Below are positions 7,413 through 14,065 of a stretch of 14,065 nucleotides of DNA, in pieces; positions within the stretch are counted from its first letter, which is position 1; every line of letters starts with the position of its first letter. The position numbers were made by a program, and so were the translations under genes. The stretch is from assembly GCA_963645185.1 (NCBI GenBank), contig CAVIRF010000042.1:1-14065 (forward strand), written 5' to 3'. The notes below the pieces were generated by a model, which saw only the letters and a list, made by a program, of their open reading frames with translations, was not told the origin of the DNA and ran no database searches. Origin of the DNA: Coprococcus eutactus. Lineage in GTDB: Bacteria; Bacillota; Clostridia; Oscillospirales; Butyricicoccaceae.

Positions 7413-8753
7413 TCAGTATACCATAAAACGGCACAGAAGCCATCCGAATTTCCGCGAACGAGCGGCAGATTTCCGAACGGTCGCGGCGGTGCGGCGGTCG
7501 AGCACCAGACGGCCCTCCGACCAGACGGCGCAGACATTCGCGGCGCTCATCGTGTACAGCGCGCGCTCGAGGCGCTCGGACAGGCTGAGCGCCCACGGCG
7601 TTTCCGTGAAATCACGGTCGTCGACCACGACGGCGTGCAGCTGGTCGCCTGCGGCAAAACCGTTTCCGGCACCGAAATAACGGTGGCCGGACGTCGTGCC
7701 GAGATAGTACGCCTCGGGAACGGTCAGGAAGTTCGGCTTTTCCGGGTCGGTGAAGTGGCGGATTTTGGAGGCGCGGATGCTCATCGTGACCATCCGGCTG
7801 CCAGAAAGCGACGAGCCTGCGGCGATGTCCGAGCCGAGCGTGACCCAGAGGCCTTCGTTCAGCATCTGCCGCACGGGCGCGATGCCGCTGCACAGATTGA
7901 TGTTGCTGTCCGGGCAGTGCGCCACGACCGCACCGGCCTGCCGGATGGCGCGGCGCTCGCGCGCGTCCGAGTGGACGCAGTGCGCCATGATGGTGTGGTC
8001 CTTCCACAGACCGAATTTATCGTAGCTCTCCCAGTACTGCGCGCAGTCGGGGTGCAGCTCGCGCACCCACGCGATCTCATCGAGGTTTTCCGATAGATGC
8101 GACTGCACATACAGTCCCTTTTCGGCGGAGATTTTTCCGAGCGCCGCCATCAGCTCATCCGTGCAGGCCGGGGTGAAGCGCGGCGTCAGGATGGGCTTGA
8201 TATGGGTGAAGCGGCTGCACTCCGCAAGCCAGCGCAGCGTCTCGCGGATGGACTCCTCGGTGGTCTCCTGAAGGTTTTCGCCGCCGTTGCGGTCCATGTT
8301 CACCTTGCCGACAAAGCCGGTCACGCCTGCGTTTTCCAGCTCCTCCATCAGCACGAGCGTTGCGTCCGTGTGGAGAGAGGAGAACATGCACACGCGCGTG
8401 GTTCCGTTCGCGATGAGGTCATGCGCGAGCCTGCGGTAGACGCGGCGCGCGTAGCCGAGGTCGGCGAATTTCGCCTCGACCGGGAACGTGTAGGTCTTCA
8501 GCCAGTCGAGCAGCGGCAGGTCCATGCCCATGCCGACGTTCGGGAACTGCGGCGCGTGCAGATGCATGTCGGCAAACGACTGCATGATAAGCTTTCCGGT
8601 GCAGTCGAATACCTCGCCATCGAAATCCTGCGGCGCTTTGTGCAGCACCTCGCAGATCGTGCCGTCGTCCTCGAGCAGCAGCGCGCCGTCCGGGATGATC
8701 TCGAGCGTTCCGAGCGCTGGCGCATGAACAATGTCGCCCTTCAAAAGTTTCAT
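7413..8753 (-). CDS. guaD: Guanine deaminase (amidohydrolase superfamily)
   Basis: Collinear with E. coli GuaD: SFADMHLHAPQFPNVG...PLLDWLKTYTFP, ANGTTR, TPRFTP, HLSENLDEIAWVRELHPD, AHCVH, HCPDSNINLCSG, LGSDIAAG. I prefer the start at ATG 8753 (MKLLKG), 8 nt after GGAAAGGA. ATG 8762 is an alternative, and the ORF-track start at 8825 lies inside the riboswitch. The C-terminus extends about 20 aa beyond where E. coli GuaD ends. Confidence 0.92.
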   Translation of the reverse strand: MKLLKGDIVHAPALGTLEIIPDGALLLEDDGTICEVLHKAPQDFDGEVFDCTGKLIMQSFADMHLHAPQFPNVGMGMDLPLLDWLKTYTFPVEAKFADLGYARRVYRRLAHDLIANGTTRVCMFSSLHTDATLVLMEELENAGVTGFVGKVNMDRNGGENLQETTEESIRETLRWLAECSRFTHIKPILTPRFTPACTDELMAALGKISAEKGLYVQSHLSENLDEIAWVRELHPDCAQYWESYDKFGLWKDHTIMAHCVHSDARERRAIRQAGAVVAHCPDSNINLCSGIAPVRQMLNEGLWVTLGSDIAAGSSLSGSRMVTMSIRASKIRHFTDPEKPNFLTVPEAYYLGTTSGHRYFGAGNGFAAGDQLHAVVVDDRDFTETPWALSLSERLERALYTMSAANVCAVWSEGRLVLDRRTAATVRKSAARSRKFGWLLCRFMVY

Positions 8754-8783
8754 TTTTTTCATCCTTTCCGTAATCTGGGCATG

Positions 8784-8825
8784 AAAAAAGTGCCCGTCAG
8801 ATGGAACCTTCCCATCAGCGGACAC
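8784..8825 (-). terminator. Riboswitch expression platform: intrinsic terminator
   Basis: Minus-strand RNA GUGUCCGCUGAUGG-gaagguu-CCAUCUGACGGGCAC followed by UUUUUU. The stem has one mismatch and one bulge. It begins at the last nucleotide of aptamer helix P1 and ends about 30 nt before the guaD start. Confidence 0.7.
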
Positions 8826-8889
8826 TCATAGTGAGGTCTTTCGGCGACCTCGTAGAAACTCTCGCGCCATGACAGCGAGACTATATGAG
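8825..8889 (-). promoter_or_regulatory. Purine riboswitch aptamer, guanine/hypoxanthine class
   Basis: Minus-strand RNA: CUCAUAUAGUCUCGCUGUCAUGGCGCGAGAGUUUCUACGAGGUCGCCGAAAGACCUCACUAUGAG. Compared with the B. subtilis xpt G-box: P1 is CUCAUAU/AUAUGAG, J2/3 AGUUUCUAC is identical, L2 is UCAUGG, and L3 GCCGAAA provides the GG/CC kissing pairs. The AC before the P1 3' strand carries the C74-equivalent (minus-strand C at 8831). Confidence 0.9.
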
Positions 8890-8907
8890 CTCTTTTTTCC
8901 GTAGGCT

Positions 8908-8936
8908 ATCATAACAGCCGCCGCGGCGTTTGTCAA
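8908..8936 (-). promoter_or_regulatory. Promoter of the riboswitch-guaD operon
   Basis: Minus strand reads TTGACA (8936-8931), 17-nt spacer, TATGAT (8913-8908), about 20 nt upstream of aptamer P1. Confidence 0.6.
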
Positions 8937-9051
8937 GAAATTTATCTCCTCCGCCTAAAAGTCGGATTTATTGGACAGATACTCTGCTATACTCGAGATA
9001 ACAGGAAAGAACAAAGCATATAAAACTAAAAGGCAACAAACAGGAAAAATC

Positions 9052-9080
9052 GTGACATATGTCGAAAACAATGGTATACT
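9052..9080 (+). promoter_or_regulatory. Candidate promoter of the cas operon
   Basis: GTGACA (9052-9057), 17-nt spacer, TGgTATACT with the -10 at 9075-9080, inside an AT-rich intergenic stretch about 36 nt upstream of the cas3 ATG. Confidence 0.45.
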
Positions 9081-9115
9081 GGTGAAGAAAGAGAAAATTC
9101 TGGAAGGTGCGGCGT

Positions 9116-11830
9116 ATGAACAAAATGCAGCAGGCAATGCGAGGAACGGTCGCGAAAACCGATCCGCAGGATCGTCAGTATTATCTGCCGACGTGGATGC
9201 ACGCGATGGATACCGCAGGCGTGATGGAATACCTCTGCCGCGAATGGCTGCCGCAGTCGGTTTTCCGGCGGCTGTCCGAGGAGGTCGGAGAGGATATTTT
9301 TCTGGGAGTGTGCTGTCTGCTGGTGCTGCTGCACGACATCGGCAAGCTGATCGCGCTTTTTCAGTCAAAAATTCAAATTCATCTGGACGATTACGCCGGG
9401 TGCAGACTGAATTTTCCGGGAGCATTCAACTATAATATGCCGCACGCGAGAGCGAGCGAAGCAATCCTGCTGAAATACGGCTTTCCGCGCTCGCTGGCGG
9501 CGATCATCGGCGCGCATCACGGAAAGCCGCAGGATGATGACGTGGACAGCGCGATAGAGACCAGTCCGTGCTGCTTTTACGGTGTGGACGAGGAAAAAGA
9601 GGCGTGGGAGACCTGCTGGCGGCAGACGATCGACGCGGCGCTGGAGCAGTGCGGCTTTGCGTCGGTGGAAGAGCTGCCCGAGGTGTCTATGTCCGCGCAA
9701 ATGGTTCTGACCGGCCTGCTCATTATGGCGGACTGGCTCGCGAGCAATACGGATTATTTTCCAGTGATACCGGTCGAGCAGAGCGGCGAGGAAGAGTGGT
9801 ATCCCGAGCGAGTGGACGCCGCGTGGGAGACGATAGACCTGCCTGCCCCGTGGGAAAGTCAGACATTCGGAATGGACGCACAGAAGTTCGACAAGGAATT
9901 CGGCTTTGCACCGAGACATGTTCAGCAGGCGGCGATAAACGCAGGAAACGAAGCGGCCGCGCCGGGGATTTTCATTCTGGAAGCCTCGATGGGATGCGGA
10001 AAAACGGAAGCCAGCCTCGCGCTCGCAGAGATACTCGCGCAGCGGACGGGGAGCGGCGGCCTGTTCTTCGGCCTGCCGACACAGGCGACGGCGAATGGCC
10101 TGTTTTCCCGAGTCAGACAATGGGCGGAGTATCAGTCGTCGGAGGAGAGACACGGCATTCGTCTGGCGCATGGCGCATCCGCGATGAACGCGGAATATCA
10201 GGAGCTGTTTCACGGCTCTGCCGAGATTTCGGAGGACGAAGAGGGCGGTCTGATCGTTCACAGCTGGTTCGAGGGACAAAAACAGGCGCTCCTCGCGGAT
10301 TTTGTCATCGGAACGGTGGATCAGCTGCTGATGGCATCGCTGCAAAATAAGCATTTGATGCTGCGGCATCTGGGACTTGCCGGGAAAGTGGTTATCATAG
10401 ATGAGGTCCATTCGTATTCGCACCATATGAACGCCTATCTGGACCGCACGCTGACATGGCTCGGTGAATACGGCGCGCCGGTCATCGTTCTGTCGGCGAC
10501 GCTGCCGGAGGAGCGGCGAGCAGCGCTCGTGCAGGCTTATTTGCAGGGGTGTTCGCATCAGTCGAAGGCGGTAAAGCTGCCGGAAGATGCCGAATGGCGG
10601 CACAGTCTGGCCTATCCGCTGCTGACATGGACGGACGGCATGGAGGTCAATCAGACCGTGATCGAGACGGACGGAGACAGCAAAACGGTCGAAATTGAAC
10701 GGGAAACGCTCGAAAACCTGTCTGAGCGTCTGCGAGATGAGCTCGCAGAGGGCGGCTGTGCCGGCGTTATCGTCAATACGGTGCGCCGGGCGCAGAAAAT
10801 CGCGGCGGAACTGAGGGAAAAGCTGCCCGAAATGCGCGTGGTTGTGTTCCACTCGCAGTTTGTCATGGCAGACCGCGTGCGGCGCGAGCAGATGCTGCTG
10901 GAGGTGGTAGGCAAGCACTCGACCGCAGAGCAGAGAGACCGGCTGATCGTGGTCGGAACGCAGGTGATCGAGCAGTCTCTCGATTTAGACCTCGATGTGC
11001 TGTTCACCGACCTGTGTCCGATGGACCTGCTGTTGCAGCGCATCGGCCGCCTGCACCGCCATCATCTACGTATCCGTCCGGAACAGCTGCGCGTGCCGCG
11101 CTGTCTCGTGCTGGAGGCGGACGGCGACGAGCTCGAACCGGGCGCGAAGGCGATCTATGGTCCGTGGCTGCTGCTGCGGACAAAAGAGCTGCTGCCAGAG
11201 CAGATCGTGCTGCCGCAGGACATTCCGGTTCTGGTGCAGAAAACCTACCGAAAACCGGAGGAAGCACCGCTTACTGAGCAGGAACGCGCTGCGTGGGAGC
11301 AGTATGAGATGGAAAAACGCGACAGTTACGGAAAGGCGAACAGTTTCCGGCTGACCGCACCAAAGCACAGACGCCGCGGCGTCAGCACGATCGAAGGGAT
11401 TCTGAACGCCGACCCAGGCAGCACCGAGGCAAGCGCCGAAAAAAGCGTGCGCGGCGGCGACCCGTCCATCGAGGTACTGGTGCTTCAGCAGGATGAAAAC
11501 GGGTATCTGTATCTGCTCGGAGCCCCGGAAATGCCGCTGTACGCAGATCATGTGCCGTCGGCATCGGAATGCAGAGAAATCGCAAAGCAGCGCCTGCGGC
11601 TGTCCGGACGCTTCAGCAGGCGATGGATGGTCGATGCAGTGATTGCTGAGCTGGAAGAAAAAACAAAAGCACTCGCGGAATGGCAGCAGTCTCCGTGGCT
11701 GCGCGGCGAGGTTTTCCTGTTGCTGGACGAAAACGGCCGCACCATGCTGCACGGCACGCTGCTGCGCTATTCGGCAGAGGACGGTCTGTGCATCGAAGAG
11801 AAGGAAGAAAATGCCAGAAAAAGAGTTTAA
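9116..11830 (+). CDS. cas3: CRISPR-associated helicase/nuclease Cas3 (HD domain fused to SF2 helicase), type I-E
   Basis: HD nuclease motifs: WMHAMD, LLHDIGK, GAHHGK. Helicase motifs: MGCGKTEA (Walker A), IIDEVHSY (DEVH), SATLP, QRIGRLHRH (motif VI). I prefer ATG 9116 (GGAAGG 8 nt upstream) over the ORF-track GTG at 9107. It is followed by cse1 and cse2. Confidence 0.93.
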   Translation: MNKMQQAMRGTVAKTDPQDRQYYLPTWMHAMDTAGVMEYLCREWLPQSVFRRLSEEVGEDIFLGVCCLLVLLHDIGKLIALFQSKIQIHLDDYAGCRLNFPGAFNYNMPHARASEAILLKYGFPRSLAAIIGAHHGKPQDDDVDSAIETSPCCFYGVDEEKEAWETCWRQTIDAALEQCGFASVEELPEVSMSAQMVLTGLLIMADWLASNTDYFPVIPVEQSGEEEWYPERVDAAWETIDLPAPWESQTFGMDAQKFDKEFGFAPRHVQQAAINAGNEAAAPGIFILEASMGCGKTEASLALAEILAQRTGSGGLFFGLPTQATANGLFSRVRQWAEYQSSEERHGIRLAHGASAMNAEYQELFHGSAEISEDEEGGLIVHSWFEGQKQALLADFVIGTVDQLLMASLQNKHLMLRHLGLAGKVVIIDEVHSYSHHMNAYLDRTLTWLGEYGAPVIVLSATLPEERRAALVQAYLQGCSHQSKAVKLPEDAEWRHSLAYPLLTWTDGMEVNQTVIETDGDSKTVEIERETLENLSERLRDELAEGGCAGVIVNTVRRAQKIAAELREKLPEMRVVVFHSQFVMADRVRREQMLLEVVGKHSTAEQRDRLIVVGTQVIEQSLDLDLDVLFTDLCPMDLLLQRIGRLHRHHLRIRPEQLRVPRCLVLEADGDELEPGAKAIYGPWLLLRTKELLPEQIVLPQDIPVLVQKTYRKPEEAPLTEQERAAWEQYEMEKRDSYGKANSFRLTAPKHRRRGVSTIEGILNADPGSTEASAEKSVRGGDPSIEVLVLQQDENGYLYLLGAPEMPLYADHVPSASECREIAKQRLRLSGRFSRRWMVDAVIAELEEKTKALAEWQQSPWLRGEVFLLLDENGRTMLHGTLLRYSAEDGLCIEEKEENARKRV

Positions 11831-13445
11831 TCTGATCGACGAGCCGTGGGTGCGCGTCATGCGGCAGGACGGCGAAATCGAGGAGGTCTCGCTCCTGGAT
11901 GCGCTCCTGCGAGCCCACGAATTTGCAGATCTCGCAGGAGAAACGCAGACGCAGAATATCGCGGTGCTCCGTCTGCTGCTGGCGGTGCTGCATACCGTTT
12001 TTTCGCGTGTGGACGAAGCCGGAGAGGACGCGCCGCTCGAGGACGAGGACGACGCCTTTGACCGCTGGGGCGCGCTGTGGGAAAACGGCAGTTTTCCGGA
12101 AAAGCCGATCGTAGACTATTTGGAGAAATGGCATGAGCGGTTCTGGCTGTTCCATCCCGAGCGGCCGTTCATGCAGGCGGTCAGTGCGGAGAACGGCACG
12201 CAGTGCGCAGCCTCCAAGCTGATCGGAGAGCTGAGCGAAAGCGGCAACAAGCTGAGGCTGTTTCCGTCTCGCACGGGCGAAGGGAAAAAGTCGGTCAGCT
12301 ATGCGGAAGCTGCAAGGTGGCTGCTGTACTTAAATGGGTTTGATGATGCGGCACTCAAGCCGCATATTCCAAAGGAGCAGCGTCAGAGTACGATCTCGGT
12401 CGCATGGCTTGGAAAACTTGGTCTGGTCTATGCCAAAGGGGACAGCCTGTATGAAACGCTGCTTTTGAACTGCGTTTTCCTGAAAAACGGCTTAGAGCTG
12501 CGGGGAGAGCCGCAGCCGGACTGGGAGAGAGATACACCGCGAGAAAACGAATTGCGTACGATTGCGGTTCCCGACGATAATGCGGCGCTTTTAACAGTCC
12601 GGTCCCGTTTAATCCGGCTGAACCGGGAGCAGGGAAGCGTAAGCGGCTACGGCATTCTCTGCGGTGACTCGTTCAGCGGCGAAAATGCCTTTGCCGAGCA
12701 GATGACAGTATGGCGATATGTGCCGGAGAAAAAGGGACAGGCGGCGTATTATTATCCCCAGATGCATCTGGCAAACCGGCAGATGTGGCGTGATTTTGCC
12801 AACATGTTTACAGAAGCCGCGGATGGAGGCAATACGCATCTGCCCGGCGTTGTCATGTGGGCTGCAGCCCTGCAGAGAGAAGGCCTGCTGTACAGAAAGA
12901 AGTTTATTCAGTTTGCTGTGACGGGAAACCGGTATGACAGCTCGCAGAAAAGCGCAGTGACAGACAGCATCGGTGACAGTCTGACGTTCCACACGGAGCT
13001 GTTTGGTCAGATGTGCGTCGGCTGGCGCAGACGCATTATGGAAGAGATACAGAAATGCGACAATGCAGCGGCGGCAGTCGGACTGCTGGTCAGAAATATT
13101 CACATTGCAGGCGGCGGAGATACCGAAAAAACGTCTGAGCCTGCATCACAGGCTCGGGGAAAATGGTACGAACGGTTAGACAGGCCGTTCCGTGAATGGC
13201 TGAGATCAATCGATCCGGAAAAAGATAGCATCGATGCAAGAACAGCGGAGTGGCAGGAGTATGCACGCAGTGAGGCGCTGCGCCTTGGCAGGGAGCTGGT
13301 TGCGCAGGCGGGAGAAAAGGCGCTGTTTGGTCGGACAATCGAATTGAAAACCGGAGGCAAAGTGAAAAAACAGCATTATTCAGCGCCGGAGGCGTATCTG
13401 TGGTTTCAGGCGAAGATTTATAAAGAGTATCCGAAGGAGGGATAA
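11811..13445 (+). CDS. cse1: Type I-E Cascade large subunit Cse1/CasA (Cas8e)
   Basis: The N-terminus MPEKEFNLIDEPWVRV matches the Cse1 hallmark FNLLxxPWIPV. FWLFHPERPFMQ matches the conserved H..PFMQ motif. The start at ATG 11811 follows GAGAAGGAAG and overlaps the cas3 3' end by 20 nt. The ORF-track start at 11643 is an out-of-frame read through cas3. Confidence 0.88.
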   Translation: MPEKEFNLIDEPWVRVMRQDGEIEEVSLLDALLRAHEFADLAGETQTQNIAVLRLLLAVLHTVFSRVDEAGEDAPLEDEDDAFDRWGALWENGSFPEKPIVDYLEKWHERFWLFHPERPFMQAVSAENGTQCAASKLIGELSESGNKLRLFPSRTGEGKKSVSYAEAARWLLYLNGFDDAALKPHIPKEQRQSTISVAWLGKLGLVYAKGDSLYETLLLNCVFLKNGLELRGEPQPDWERDTPRENELRTIAVPDDNAALLTVRSRLIRLNREQGSVSGYGILCGDSFSGENAFAEQMTVWRYVPEKKGQAAYYYPQMHLANRQMWRDFANMFTEAADGGNTHLPGVVMWAAALQREGLLYRKKFIQFAVTGNRYDSSQKSAVTDSIGDSLTFHTELFGQMCVGWRRRIMEEIQKCDNAAAAVGLLVRNIHIAGGGDTEKTSEPASQARGKWYERLDRPFREWLRSIDPEKDSIDARTAEWQEYARSEALRLGRELVAQAGEKALFGRTIELKTGGKVKKQHYSAPEAYLWFQAKIYKEYPKEG

Positions 13446-13447
13446 AT

Positions 13448-14065
13448 GTGTGGGAACAGAAAAACGGCCATACGCCGCATGAGCTGTCCGGCTGGGTAGA
13501 GCGCCGCATCACGCGCATTCTGGCCATGCCGGAGGGCGGCGCGCAGCGCGCGCTGCTGGCAGAGCTGCGGCGCGGCGTCGGCAAGGCGCCGGGAGAGCTG
13601 CCGCGGCTGTGGGGCGTACTGTTTGAAGAGTTTCCGGAGGAATGGCTGTCGGAACGGGACGGCGCGAGCCGGTATGAGTGGGCGGCGTACCTCGCGCTGA
13701 CGCTGTTTGCCCTGCATCAGCAGAGCAGGGACCCGAAAACCGACCCGATGCACAAGGACGGACAGCCGCTCGGACGGGCGCTCAGCCGTCTGGCAGATGA
13801 AGACGATAGTGAGGGTGCAAGAGAGCGCATTCTCCGGCGCTTTCAGCAGATGGCGACGGCGACGGACATCAAGGGCGCGGCATATCACCTGCGCGGACTG
13901 GTGCAGCTGCTGCGAGCGGCGGATATTCCGCTGGATTATGCGTCGCTCGCATGGGATTTGTATCAGTATCAGAGCAGCAGCAGTGTCGCGGCGGTACGGC
14001 TGCGGTGGGCGCAGGATTTCTATCGCATGAACAAGGATGAAAACGGAAAGGAAGAAGAAAAATGA
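13448..14065 (+). CDS. cse2: Type I-E Cascade small subunit Cse2/CasB (Cas11)
   Basis: Position immediately after cse1. GTG start 7 nt after AGGAGG. The 205-aa Arg/Leu-rich helical protein (RALLAELRRGVGK, YHLRGLVQLLRAA) is typical of Cse2. The stop TGA is at 14063-14065, and ATG 14062-14064 overlaps it, probably the start of cas7, which is cut off by the window. Confidence 0.8.
   Translation: MWEQKNGHTPHELSGWVERRITRILAMPEGGAQRALLAELRRGVGKAPGELPRLWGVLFEEFPEEWLSERDGASRYEWAAYLALTLFALHQQSRDPKTDPMHKDGQPLGRALSRLADEDDSEGARERILRRFQQMATATDIKGAAYHLRGLVQLLRAADIPLDYASLAWDLYQYQSSSSVAAVRLRWAQDFYRMNKDENGKEEEK

Noticed and set aside
7413-7480. About 20-aa C-terminal extension of guanine deaminase (…TAATVRKSAARSRKFGWLLCRFMVY) relative to E. 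coli GuaD; possible lost stop or frameshift.
   Set aside because: The catalytic core is intact and in frame. C-terminal length varies in this family, and there is no evidence of disruption from the sequence alone.
8937-9115. Looked for a CRISPR leader and repeat-spacer array next to cas3.
   Set aside because: I found no direct repeats of 25-40 nt here or elsewhere in the window.
8971-9435. 154-aa ORF starting at a TTG in the AT-rich spacer and running into cas3 in another frame.
   Set aside because: There is no Shine-Dalgarno sequence. Most of its length overlaps the well-supported cas3 frame, and the C-terminal part is Arg/Gly/Ala shadow-frame composition.

Overview
GC-rich, Firmicutes/Clostridia-like chromosomal window; this taxonomic guess rests on a T-box leader, GGAGG-type ribosome-binding sites (RBS) and TTGACA-17-TATnAT promoters. 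Left to right: (1) a CstA-family transporter gene preceded by a roughly 390-nt leader that I read as a T-box riboswitch. It has a K-turn, an AG-bay plus distal loop, stem III, a UGGU-bulge antiterminator and a competing intrinsic terminator. (2) A moaC plus XdhC/CoxI-family pair for molybdenum-cofactor maturation, with the two XdhC domains in swapped order. (3) A minus-strand pair encoding an exported protein of unknown function and a zinc-ribbon protein. (4) A stand-alone 71-aa, very acidic protein. (5) A minus-strand operon of guanine deaminase, a two-TM membrane protein and a small ferredoxin, headed by a textbook guanine (C74-type) purine riboswitch with a terminator-type expression platform. 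(6) The 5' end of a type I-E CRISPR-Cas operon (cas3, cse1/cas8e, cse2/cas11); no CRISPR array lies in the window. The most interesting signals are the two cis-regulatory RNAs. A T-box on a CstA transporter is an unusual target, and a guanine riboswitch on a guanine-catabolic enzyme has a platform that looks like an OFF switch. I see no convincing new multi-gene defence or mobile system. The many long ORFs antisense to real genes are GC-rich shadow frames. All calls come from reading the sequence and recalling protein and RNA families; nothing was searched against a database.
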